A stretch of DNA of 10,855 nucleotides from a bacterium (GTDB taxonomy: Bacteria > Zhuqueibacterota > Zhuqueibacteria > Oceanimicrobiales > Oceanimicrobiaceae): the NCBI GenBank assembly GCA_046757165.1, contig JBHHXT010000167.1, positions 1 through 10,855 of the forward strand, read 5' to 3'. The notes beneath the pieces were generated by a model. The model saw only the letters and a list, made by a program, of their open reading frames with translations, was not told the origin of the DNA and did not search any database. Positions 1 to 8,488 of this stretch are shown here, one piece after another (the first letter of the stretch is position 1; every line of letters begins with the position of its first letter). The position numbers and the translations under genes are program-made.

Positions 1-59
1 CCTCCCTGGAGGGGACAGGTTCAGACTCGTTCAGAGTCTGAACCAGGGGTGGGTCCACC
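1..59. repeat. REP-like palindromic intergenic element (truncated by window edge) containing an 11-bp perfect stem-loop
   Basis: GGTTCAGACTC (18-28) and GAGTCTGAACC (34-44) are exact reverse complements with a 5-nt loop. The stem is flanked by CCTCCCTGGAGGGG (1-14, itself a CCTCC/GGAGG hairpin) and AGGGGTGGGT (45-54). GGTGG/CCACC (48-59) is a further short IR. Copy number elsewhere in the genome cannot be seen. Confidence 0.5.
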
Positions 60-101
60 TAGCCTGCCGTTTTCGCCAGGCCGGGATTTCAACGCACAGC
101 A

Positions 102-1673
102 CTACACATGCTCAGCCACCCTTTCCCGTGACCGGCTCGTGATGAGCTGAGCGTAAAGCTTGCGGTACTTGCGCAACAGCTCGCTGCGATCGTAGTATCT
201 CGCCACGCGCTGCTTCCCGACTTCCGCCATGGTTTCCCGCAGCTCGCGACTGCGCCAGATTTTGATGATCGCCTGCGCGATTTCCTCGGTATTGGTGATC
301 CCGGCGATCAGGCCGCTTTTGCCGAGCGCCACGTCCTCCGGTGCGCTGCCGTAGAGCATTTCACGGCAGGCGCCAACATCGGTTGCGACCACAGGAATGC
401 CGAGACAGTTGGCTTCCAGGATGACGAGCGGTTGCGCCTCACTGATGCTGGTCAACACCAGGATATCCAGCTTCGGATAATAGACCTTGACATCTATCTT
501 CCCGGTGAAGGTGATAATGCTCTGCAGGCCCAGGAATTCACACAGCCGGACGCATTCGTCATAGTAGGCCGGCTCTTCGTCTGTCGGGCCCATGATGTAG
601 ACTTTGAGCTTTCGGACATTGGCGGCGACGCTTTTGCACGCCCGGATGAAGGTCTTGACATCCTTGATGTGCACCACCCGCGCCATCAGCCCGATGACCA
701 GTTGTTCCGGGTCCTTGTTCGCGTCGCGCTGCAGGCGCTGAAATTGTGCGACATCGATGGCGTTTGGGATGATGGCCAGCCTGTCCCTGGGCGCCCCCTC
801 CTCGATCTGGTAAGCCTGATTGCTCTTGAAAAGCGTGATAATCCTGTCGCTGGAGTGGTAACAGATGTGGCTCAGGGTGGCAAACATCTGGTTCCACAGC
901 TCCCGGAACCGGCTCTGCGACCGCTGGACCCGCAAGCGCTGGTCCTCCTTTTCATAGATCCAATCGACGCGGCTGATTTCGAGTCGCCGCTCCCGGGTGT
1001 AGATGCCGTGCTCGGTCAGCAGCACGGGGCGCTGGTGTTTCAACTTCGCGACCGCTGCCAGAAGTCCGGCATAGCCGGTCGACAGCGTGTGATAGAGGGC
1101 CGAGTGTGGCAGTTCTGTGCTGAGTATCTTGAAAATGGGCAGGTGGATGAATCTGCATGTCCAGAAGTAGTCGATAAAGGATTCCTCGTGCGCTTTTTCC
1201 TGATAAAGCGTTTCCAAAACGCTCCAGGCTTTGTGCGTGTTGAGAATTTGGTTTGGCGCAATGCCGCGCGTGGCCGGGTCGAAGAATTGCCGGTAAAGGG
1301 CCTCGAAATGCGTGAGCTTGTCTGATGCGGCCGGACAGTGGTGAAAATCGAGCACCTCGGTCCAGGCTTCCTTCGCCAGCTTGCCCTGGCGGGAATGGGG
1401 CAGCTCGAAATCGTGCAGGTAGATATGACGAATTTCCTTGACGTTGGATGGCAAGGTGTACCGTTGCTGCAGGTGGCTCTTGCGGTTGGAGAGAATAACC
1501 GCCAGAGAAAAGGTCAGCTCAGGCAACCCGGTCAGCAATTGGTGTACCCAGGCGGCGACGCCACCGGTGACATAAGGATAGGTTCCTTCCACGATTAAGC
1601 AAACGTCGGTTTCGGGCTGCGCCAACCGGTCAGGGTGCAATGAATTTCGATGGTCTGGATTCGAGAATTTCAT
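102..1673 (-). CDS. pelF: PelF-like GT4 glycosyltransferase (Pel polysaccharide polymerase), N-terminal DUF3492-type domain
   Basis: 523 aa ORF with PelF hallmark motifs DVCLIVEGTYPYVTGGVAAWVHQL, STGYAGL, LTEHGIYTRER, ARVVHIKD, and the GT4 EX7E motif SISEAQPLVILEA followed by GIPVVATDVG. Directly downstream of pelD/pelE-like genes. Confidence 0.95.
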   Translation of the reverse strand: MKFSNPDHRNSLHPDRLAQPETDVCLIVEGTYPYVTGGVAAWVHQLLTGLPELTFSLAVILSNRKSHLQQRYTLPSNVKEIRHIYLHDFELPHSRQGKLAKEAWTEVLDFHHCPAASDKLTHFEALYRQFFDPATRGIAPNQILNTHKAWSVLETLYQEKAHEESFIDYFWTCRFIHLPIFKILSTELPHSALYHTLSTGYAGLLAAVAKLKHQRPVLLTEHGIYTRERRLEISRVDWIYEKEDQRLRVQRSQSRFRELWNQMFATLSHICYHSSDRIITLFKSNQAYQIEEGAPRDRLAIIPNAIDVAQFQRLQRDANKDPEQLVIGLMARVVHIKDVKTFIRACKSVAANVRKLKVYIMGPTDEEPAYYDECVRLCEFLGLQSIITFTGKIDVKVYYPKLDILVLTSISEAQPLVILEANCLGIPVVATDVGACREMLYGSAPEDVALGKSGLIAGITNTEEIAQAIIKIWRSRELRETMAEVGKQRVARYYDRSELLRKYRKLYAQLITSRSRERVAEHV

Positions 1674-1705
1674 GGTGACTTATGATTTGAGATTTGCCGC
1701 GTCTG

Positions 1706-2722
1706 TCACCCGGGTTCGGATGTTTCCTCGCACCACCAGCTTGTCACCGGCCGCAGATTTTCCGGCAGATTTGCAAACGAATGAACCCTGCGGCAGACCG
1801 CTGCTGCCTCGCCGTACTCACCGGCTTCATAATGTGCCTCTGCCAGCCATAGATGCGGCGAAGGGTTTCCGCCAGCCAGTCCGACCGCCGTGGACAGGAC
1901 TCGTTTTGCTTTTTCAATATCGCCCGCGGCCAGCAGCGAGCGGCCATATTCAAACACGGCCTGCGGGTGCTTCGGATTCGCGATCAGAAAGGAGCGGTAC
2001 TCTTTGACGGCCAGTTTGTTATAGTAGCGCTGGCTCTCCTCATCGAGCACGCCCAGATAACAGTACAGATCATACATGCGCGCCAGTTGCAAGCGGCTGT
2101 CCGAATCGCTGGCGCGGTCAGCCAACCGCCCACGCAGCCAGTCGATCTTCTGCACGATTTTGTTTTCCAGCTCGATGAGCGCGGTGGCTGCCAGCAGCCG
2201 TGTGTCGGAGGTGGCCTCCCTGACCACCTGGCGCAAAATCGCCACCGACTCCCGCGTCACCAGCTTCGAGAGCTTGTTGATCGCGTTCTCCTCGAGCTGC
2301 CGGTCGTTCGATTTGAGCACATCCCGGAATGCCTGCAAATCGAGCGCGTCCAACTGGATCTCGCTGACATCGGGGCGCGCGCTTCCCAGCCGAATCTTGG
2401 TGCTATCAGACACCAGCGCTTCTTCAATTTCAAAATAGGGCGTGGGCTGCAGCCGCACCCGGTTCATGGCCACGATGACCAGATTGAGCCCGGCCAGACC
2501 ATATCCGGGTAAAACCAGCGCCAGGAAAAACGCGATGGTGACGAAATTCTCATCGGCTTGAAAGTCATAGAGATGGAGCCGCTTGCACAGCTTGATGGCC
2601 AGGCAGACCATGACAACGTGGCCGGCGAGCGCAACGAGTTTGAGCCAACCGCTGAGCGCCGCCAGGCCGTAAGCAGCCAGACCATCCCCGACCAGGACCA
2701 GAAGTAGAAGCAGTTGGGTCAT
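1706..2722 (-). CDS. pelE: PelE-like inner-membrane protein with N-terminal TM helices, HEAT-like segment and C-terminal TPRs
   Basis: 338 aa. Hydrophobic N-terminal helices including FFLALVLPGYGLAG, a PelE-like segment ESVAILRQVVREATSDTRLLAATALIELE, LARMYDLYCYLGVLD, and TPR-like helices (NPKHPQAVFEYGRSLLAAGDIEKA, HLWLAEAHYEAGEYGEA). Position between pelD and pelF. Confidence 0.82.
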   Translation of the reverse strand: MTQLLLLLVLVGDGLAAYGLAALSGWLKLVALAGHVVMVCLAIKLCKRLHLYDFQADENFVTIAFFLALVLPGYGLAGLNLVIVAMNRVRLQPTPYFEIEEALVSDSTKIRLGSARPDVSEIQLDALDLQAFRDVLKSNDRQLEENAINKLSKLVTRESVAILRQVVREATSDTRLLAATALIELENKIVQKIDWLRGRLADRASDSDSRLQLARMYDLYCYLGVLDEESQRYYNKLAVKEYRSFLIANPKHPQAVFEYGRSLLAAGDIEKAKRVLSTAVGLAGGNPSPHLWLAEAHYEAGEYGEAAAVCRRVHSFANLPENLRPVTSWWCEETSEPG

Positions 2723-2747
2723 CGGATTTGCCGTGAAGCTCCTGTCA

Positions 2748-4199
2748 CTAATTCTGTCGCATGATGTTCAGCAGATATTCGATGTCGTCGAACATTTGGG
2801 TTTCCCGCAATTTCTCGTCCATTCTCAGCCGCTCTTCGGCTGTTTTGACCATGGTTTCGTAGGACCCTTCCGAGAGCTGCAGCGTGCTGACGCCTGTGCG
2901 GAATTGCAGCACCTCCTCCTGTGTTTCAAATGGCTTGAGCTCGTAGTTGTGAACTTCCGTGGCGATGCGGTCGATGATCGTGTCGCAGTCCTCGCTGTTC
3001 TGGCCGGGCAGGATGATCGCGAACGTGCTGTCGCGCTTGTATTTCGCAACGATATCCGTGTCCCGGAAGATATGGGAAAAAATCCAGTTGAGCACCGTCA
3101 GGATGTTTTTCTGCTCCGACGCTTTCATTTTCTCAAAGTGTTCGATCTCCAAAAGCAGCAACGAAAGCGCAGTTTGGAACCGTCTGGCGCGTGCGATTTC
3201 ATAGCTGAGCCGCTTCTGGAAATAGAGGTAGTTGTACGCTCCGGTGATCTCATCAGCGACGTTCCTGTCCTTGAAGTGCTGGAACTGCATCGCCTGTTCG
3301 ACGGCGATGGAGACCCACTGCGCCAGGGTCTCGAATACTTTGACGGAATTGGCTGTAAAATCAAAAAACGGAATGCGCTCGACGTTAATGACACCGACCA
3401 GCGACTCATCTTTGCGCAGGATAGGCGCACACATGATCAGACGCTGGCCATTGAACCTGGCCATCTCTGCGGTGCCCGTGCCGCGGTTGATCGCGACCAT
3501 CTTCTTGCGCTCCACGACCTCGCCCACCATGCCTTCTGCAAGGTCGAGCTCATCGGGCAAGCTCCCGGTTGACGACCAGCCCTTGCGCACGGCCAACTTC
3601 AGTTTGTTGTCGCGCAGCAAATAGACCGAAGCACATGTGACATTCAACTGCTCCTTCAGGATTTCTGGAATCTTCTCGTAAAGCTGTTGCGGGTCCGACT
3701 GGTCCAACTTGGTGAGCTGCTCGAACAGACTGACCATGGTGGTCGATTGCAGCGCAATGCGCTTCTCCAGCTCCCACTTGGAGCTGGTCAGGGCTTGATG
3801 TTCGGTCGTCAGGTGCTCATGGTTTTCACGCGTGGCGTCAAAGGTTTCCTGGAGTCGCTGGTACCGCTTCTTGTAGTGGCTTCGAATCTCGCCCACCAGT
3901 CCGCCCACGAGCAGAAAGAAAAACGGCAGGGTGTAGGGGCCATGCGGAAAGGAAAAGGTAGTGAAGTCCACAACGCCGGCTCGTGCGGCAAGAACAATGT
4001 ACGCCAGGGCCGCGACACCGCCGGCAAACACGCCCTGCACCAAACCATAGCGGCACGCCAGCAGCAAGACCACGATCCAAAAAGGATGCGGATGCACCCC
4101 GACAAACGCGCCCGATTTCTTCACCACGTAGAGGTCGATGGCCGCCAGAAGGACCAAACCGACAAGGGTTTCCACGATGAAATAGAATTTGCGCAGCAT
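2748..4199 (-). CDS. pelD: PelD-like c-di-GMP receptor: about 4 TM helices, coiled coil, GAF domain, degenerate GGDEF domain with RxxD I-site
   Basis: 483 aa. N-terminal TM region with PHPFWIVVLLLACRYG, helical linker, GAF-like region (GMVGEVVERKKMV...CAPIL...LVGVINVERIPF), DEITGAYN start of the GGDEF fold, and RDTD (R379-D382, nt 3054-3065) followed by KYKRDSTF in place of RYGGDEF. Confidence 0.88.
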   Translation of the reverse strand: MLRKFYFIVETLVGLVLLAAIDLYVVKKSGAFVGVHPHPFWIVVLLLACRYGLVQGVFAGGVAALAYIVLAARAGVVDFTTFSFPHGPYTLPFFFLLVGGLVGEIRSHYKKRYQRLQETFDATRENHEHLTTEHQALTSSKWELEKRIALQSTTMVSLFEQLTKLDQSDPQQLYEKIPEILKEQLNVTCASVYLLRDNKLKLAVRKGWSSTGSLPDELDLAEGMVGEVVERKKMVAINRGTGTAEMARFNGQRLIMCAPILRKDESLVGVINVERIPFFDFTANSVKVFETLAQWVSIAVEQAMQFQHFKDRNVADEITGAYNYLYFQKRLSYEIARARRFQTALSLLLLEIEHFEKMKASEQKNILTVLNWIFSHIFRDTDIVAKYKRDSTFAIILPGQNSEDCDTIIDRIATEVHNYELKPFETQEEVLQFRTGVSTLQLSEGSYETMVKTAEERLRMDEKLRETQMFDDIEYLLNIMRQN

Positions 4200-4262
4200 A
4201 ACGTCCTAAGCCTTTCCACCTTCGCCGGATCGCCCGCGCACATCCTGCGGGGGACCAACGAG

Positions 4263-7200
4263 TCAATAAAAGTAATAAAAATCCACCGATAGCGTCCGCG
4301 CGTCCTCACGTCCGGTAAACGAGTTCAGACTTCCAAAAGCGAACAACGAACGCAACCGGAGATGCTTCAACAAATGGTACTCCAGCAGCACTCTGCCGTA
4401 GTACAACGTCGTGTTCTGGCTCACGTCAACCCCCAGACTGCCGCCGAGCTCGTAGTAGAGCCGGGGCGTGAGCTGCTGGGTGAGCACGGCTCCCAGATAA
4501 TGAATGCTTTCCCGCTCAGGAATGGCAATGATGTCTCTGCCAGCCCCGGTGCGGTAATTGAAATTCAGATGATAGAACTGATAGTAGGTGAACAAACTCG
4601 GCCTGGAAGGCCACTGATACCCCACCTGTGCATGCACCCGCGTCGCATCACTAAAATGTGTCTTCTCCCCGACAGCGTGCCGTTCAAACGACAAGCGGTT
4701 CCACAGCAAGATGTTCTTCAGCAGCGCCAGGTTGACGTCGGATTGCACGCTGGAGACCCTGCCGTCAAAGAAAGCGGGAAGCAATGGGTCATCCCACCGC
4801 CGGTTCAGAGCCACGCTGAGCCCTACGGAGTTGCGCGCATCAAACTGCCACAACAGGTTGCTCTGCCCGGCGATGCGCCACTTGCCGTCGTGCAGGCGCA
4901 CGTTGCCGGCCGCCTGCGCCCGCAGCTTCGCGCCGGAGCTCGACACGCCGGCCCCGAGGTCGAGGTAGGTTTCTTCCCCGTACTGGTTGTCTTTGGCAGA
5001 ATAGCGCTGCTGACTAAGGAAGAGCTGGAGAGTGAGCAGCGATGAGTGCGCTTTGCTCAGCACGAAGCTCGCCGCCTGTTTCAGCAGATTGCCCGATTGC
5101 TGCTCGCTCTGGTACTCCGCAGCGACGGCCTCGCTCTGTTCCCGCCGCAGCTCGATCAGCCGGGCCTGCGCCGGCCAATAGGCCGGTTGGCTGTCGACAA
5201 TCTGGCGCAATCTTCTGGTTCCGCTCACCCAGTCACCGGTCAGCAGCTCTGTTTCAGCCAGATCGAGACTCAGAAACATGTCATCCGGATTCAGCACGGA
5301 CAGGTGCCGGAATGCCTTCAGCGCACCAGGGTAGTCGCCCTGAGCAACCAATATCCGGGCTCGCAGCCGCAGGGCGTCGAAGGAGAGCGGTGCCTTGTTG
5401 AGAATCTCGTCAAGCCGGGCCAGACTTTCGTCGTAATCTTTGAGCACGAACAGTCCGTGCGCAACCTCCAGCCGCAAAGCATCATCCCGCGGGTGCGAGG
5501 TGAGCAGGCTGTCATACACATGAATGGCCTCGTCGTGGTGTCCGAGATAGGCCAGCAGGCCTGCTTGCATGATCGCGCTCTCTTTTGCCGGCGGCTGCGT
5601 TCTCAACACCGCCAGGGCATGCTGAAATTCCTTTTCCGCCGCCGGTCTCCTGCCAGCTTCCGCCAGCACGATGCCAAGCTGGTAGCGCGTGTAGGCATCA
5701 TTCGGATAGTGCTCGTGGTAGGCTCGAAACGCTTTCTTTGCCAGCTCGGGTTGATTGCTCCAGGCCCGGGCCAGGGCGAGCATGCGCAGACTCAGACTGT
5801 CTGCCGGCGTTGCCCGCAAGACCTGTTGTAAATAGGGCACGGCCTGCGTGTGAAACCCCCGCTGAAAGTAGAATTGGGCGGTCTGCCGGGCAACAGGTGT
5901 CTCCTCGCCTTGCGCTGAGTTGATTTCATCGATCAGCCGGTGCATGTTTTCATAATCCCGCTCTTGCCAGAACAGGGAGGCGTATTGGAATTTCAGCGCC
6001 ACATTATCCGGCTCCACACGCAACAGTTGCTCACACAGGTCGCGCGCGGCCTGGAGGTTGTGCGTTCGCAGGTAAAGCGGAAGCAGCAATTTCTGGTAAG
6101 GCAGCTTTGTGGCGGAAAGCGCAACAAGCCGTTCGTAGACAGAGATGCTTTCGCGTAACTGCTCTTGCTGCTCGAGTACGCCGGCGGCAAACTCGAGGAA
6201 AGGCGGGTCGTCCGGGCTGTACTTTTCCACCCCTTGCCTGATCAGGTGCAGCGCCCGGTCAGTCGCTCCTGTTGCCAGGTAGAGGGTGGCCAAATGGATG
6301 CGGCTCTCCGGGTCCCGCGGGGTCTCGGCCAGCACCGCTTCATATTGCTGCATGGCCTGCTCGAATCGCCTGGCGTGCACAAGCAGCGTGGCGTACTCCT
6401 TGCGATTTTCCACAGGAAGCCGGTGATCTTCGAGGCGTTTCGCGTACAAGTCGAGCAGTTTCGGGTATTCTTGCCGCTCGATATAGGCGGTGCGAAGCTC
6501 CTGCATCGCGGCCTCTTCGTAGGGCGGTGTCTGCAACAATTTCGCGAAGGTTTCGGCTGCCAGGTCCGGCTCGAGCATGTCCTTGTACAAGTAGGCAAGC
6601 TCCTCGAGATAGCGCGGCTGCTCCGGATGGTCTTTGATCAAAACTTGCAGCTCGGCGGCGGCCTCGTCGGTCAGGCCCTGGGCGAGATAGAGCTGGCAGA
6701 GGGTGTGGCGCAGCGTGCTGTCTTGCGGCTCGTAGTGCAGCTTGAGCTTGAAATAGTCGACCGCCTTTTCAGGGTAGGTGTCTTGCGTCAGCTCGACCAA
6801 TCTGTCAAAATAGGCCTCGTTCAGGACATGGTCAAAAAACAGCCGTTCATAGTGCGGCAGGCCACGCTCATAGTTGTGCTGCGACAGGTACACTTCGGCC
6901 AGCTTTTGCCGGATGGCTTCGTTGCCGGGGCTGATTTGCAGCACGCGTTCGTATTCGACCGCCGCAAACTCCGGTTGGTCGAGTTGCAAGTAGACGTTGC
7001 CGAGCTGCTCGTGTGCCCGCGCATTTTCCGGCTGCAGCTCCAGCAGCTTGTCGAGGAACCCTTTTGCGGCTGCAAAATCCCTCGAGGTCAGGCTCAGCCC
7101 GACAACCTTTTGCATCAACGTGGTGTCATGGGGACGGTCTGTCAGCAATTCCTTGAACAGCCCGATCGCCTTTTCTGTTTGATGATTCCATTGGTAAGCC

Positions 7201-7598
7201 TCGGCCAATTTCTCGCGATAAGCCGGATTGTGTGGCAGCAGCACAACCAGCCGCTCCAGGGTTTTGACGGTTTTCCCCCGGTCGCCCAGTTGCGAGTAAA
7301 TATCCGCCATTTGATTGAGCAGCGCAGGCTCGCTGATCTGCTCAATGCCGATGGCCTCGATTTCGGCTACGGCCCTCGCCAGCTCCCCTTTGAGAATGAA
7401 CAACTGGCTCAGGTGCAGGCGCACGTCATCTCGCAAGGGCTCCTGCGCCAACAGCGCGCGGTCCGCGGCGATGGCCTCGTCCACTTTTCCGGACTTGCTC
7501 AGCAGGTCCGCCAGACGCAAGTCCGACGGGAAAATAAGGATACAGGCGAGAATCACCGCCGTCACGAACACGAGCGGCCACCATATTTTTATCTGCAT
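4263..7598 (-). CDS. pelB: PelB-like export protein: N-terminal hydrophobic segment, long TPR array, C-terminal outer-membrane beta-barrel
   Basis: 1111 aa. N-terminal hydrophobic helix (WWPLVFVTAVILACILIF), about 800 aa of tandem TPR-like units (e.g. LELQPENARAHEQLGNVYLQL), and a final ~290 aa of alternating amphipathic strands ending in aromatic residues (DFYYFY), typical of BAM substrates. Syntenic position after pelA and before pelD. Confidence 0.82.
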   Translation of the reverse strand: MQIKIWWPLVFVTAVILACILIFPSDLRLADLLSKSGKVDEAIAADRALLAQEPLRDDVRLHLSQLFILKGELARAVAEIEAIGIEQISEPALLNQMADIYSQLGDRGKTVKTLERLVVLLPHNPAYREKLAEAYQWNHQTEKAIGLFKELLTDRPHDTTLMQKVVGLSLTSRDFAAAKGFLDKLLELQPENARAHEQLGNVYLQLDQPEFAAVEYERVLQISPGNEAIRQKLAEVYLSQHNYERGLPHYERLFFDHVLNEAYFDRLVELTQDTYPEKAVDYFKLKLHYEPQDSTLRHTLCQLYLAQGLTDEAAAELQVLIKDHPEQPRYLEELAYLYKDMLEPDLAAETFAKLLQTPPYEEAAMQELRTAYIERQEYPKLLDLYAKRLEDHRLPVENRKEYATLLVHARRFEQAMQQYEAVLAETPRDPESRIHLATLYLATGATDRALHLIRQGVEKYSPDDPPFLEFAAGVLEQQEQLRESISVYERLVALSATKLPYQKLLLPLYLRTHNLQAARDLCEQLLRVEPDNVALKFQYASLFWQERDYENMHRLIDEINSAQGEETPVARQTAQFYFQRGFHTQAVPYLQQVLRATPADSLSLRMLALARAWSNQPELAKKAFRAYHEHYPNDAYTRYQLGIVLAEAGRRPAAEKEFQHALAVLRTQPPAKESAIMQAGLLAYLGHHDEAIHVYDSLLTSHPRDDALRLEVAHGLFVLKDYDESLARLDEILNKAPLSFDALRLRARILVAQGDYPGALKAFRHLSVLNPDDMFLSLDLAETELLTGDWVSGTRRLRQIVDSQPAYWPAQARLIELRREQSEAVAAEYQSEQQSGNLLKQAASFVLSKAHSSLLTLQLFLSQQRYSAKDNQYGEETYLDLGAGVSSSGAKLRAQAAGNVRLHDGKWRIAGQSNLLWQFDARNSVGLSVALNRRWDDPLLPAFFDGRVSSVQSDVNLALLKNILLWNRLSFERHAVGEKTHFSDATRVHAQVGYQWPSRPSLFTYYQFYHLNFNYRTGAGRDIIAIPERESIHYLGAVLTQQLTPRLYYELGGSLGVDVSQNTTLYYGRVLLEYHLLKHLRLRSLFAFGSLNSFTGREDARTLSVDFYYFY

Positions 7599-7609
7599 AT
7601 CGCGCTACC

Positions 7610-8485
7610 CTACTCCTTCAGGGTAAAGAAATAAACTCGGTCCAGGCTCCGGGTGCTGACGTAGGGCACAAATCCGTGTGTGCGTGCCCGTGCAACGATG
7701 GCGCCGATCTCTGGCTCGAGCTCGGTGTCGAAATAATCAAGGGTCAAGACCACCAGGTGGCTCTTTTCCCTGGCGTGCTTCAGGCGCAAGACCTCCGGGT
7801 CGCTTTCGCTCTGCTCGCGAAGCCGCAAACGGTCGTGCTCGTCAACGGCTGTAAAGAGCGATTCTGCCACCACGCCATCCAGATCGCCCGCGACCTCGTT
7901 CAACACGGCGTAGCCGCGGTTCATCACCACGAGGGCCTGCGGAAACCTGGCCCGGATCGCCTTGATCAGGGCGGTCACGGCGCGCAAGGCCCCCGGATAT
8001 TTCTGCCCCGAATGGTATTTTTCGAGATACTCCGCCGTGTCCACGGTATCGAGGAAAAAGCCGCCAAACCCGGCGCTCAGAATGCCGGGCAAGACTCTTT
8101 GCAGCAACAGCGTCTGCCACTCGCGGCTGCGCACGTCGAGCATGATGCTGCCCCAGGCGGGGTTTTCTGCCAACACCCAGGATTTGGTCGCGATTTCAGG
8201 CCAGTACCAGCGGTACGCGCCAACCTCGCACAGGCTGACGTAACCGAGCAAGATGGTGTCCGACTGCCGCAAGTCCATCAAGTCCGGATGAGCGTCCGCG
8301 TCCAGCACCGCCAGGTCGAATTTTCCAATGTCCGCCGGCGAGCTCTTTTCATTGTAGACGCAGACCCAGCTTTTGAGACCCACACGCGCAAGATTGGGTC
8401 GCCGGACTTGCCGGCCGGCGCAACTAGCAAAAAGCATGACGACTCCTGCACAAAGAAGCAAAGCCGGTTTGGGTATGATTCTCAT
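7610..8485 (-). CDS. Stand-alone endo-alpha-1,4-(N-acetyl)galactosaminidase, PelA hydrolase-like (GH166/GH114-type TIM barrel), probable lipoprotein
   Basis: 291 aa. Motifs FDLAVLD, LGYVSLCE, ENPAWGS, GFGGFFLDTVD (D146), MNRGY, GVVAESLF (E208), LTLDY and GFVPYV resemble the PelA N-terminal hydrolase family. Signal peptide ends in LFASC (Cys22). Confidence 0.85.
   Translation of the reverse strand: MRIIPKPALLLCAGVVMLFASCAGRQVRRPNLARVGLKSWVCVYNEKSSPADIGKFDLAVLDADAHPDLMDLRQSDTILLGYVSLCEVGAYRWYWPEIATKSWVLAENPAWGSIMLDVRSREWQTLLLQRVLPGILSAGFGGFFLDTVDTAEYLEKYHSGQKYPGALRAVTALIKAIRARFPQALVVMNRGYAVLNEVAGDLDGVVAESLFTAVDEHDRLRLREQSESDPEVLRLKHAREKSHLVVLTLDYFDTELEPEIGAIVARARTHGFVPYVSTRSLDRVYFFTLKE
7613..7618 (-). 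promoter_or_regulatory. Shine-Dalgarno-like AAGGAG for pelB, embedded in the last codons of the hydrolase gene
   Basis: AAGGAG on the minus strand, 14 nt upstream of the ATG at 7598. Spacing is longer than optimal. Confidence 0.4.
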
Positions 8486-8488
8486 CCG

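Noticed and set aside
18..44. Classical intrinsic terminator for the operon
   Set aside because: The stem is strong but no U-tract follows it on either strand, so it was kept only as a REP-like structure.
2748..4199. Active GAF-GGDEF diguanylate cyclase
   Set aside because: The GG(D/E)EF motif and metal-binding Asp are absent. The context fits a PelD receptor.
5140..7500. Repetitive character of pelB as a DNA tandem repeat or CRISPR array
   Set aside because: The periodicity is at protein (TPR) level only. No identical nucleotide repeats with spacers were seen.
6165..7634. Long plus-strand ORF of 489 aa (also 432-1325, 2733-3572, 4362-5045, 5046-5831, 7676-8602, 9077-9724, 9746-10393)
   Set aside because: They lie antisense to well-supported genes and have no recognisable motifs. 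They are typical shadow ORFs of GC-rich coding sequence.
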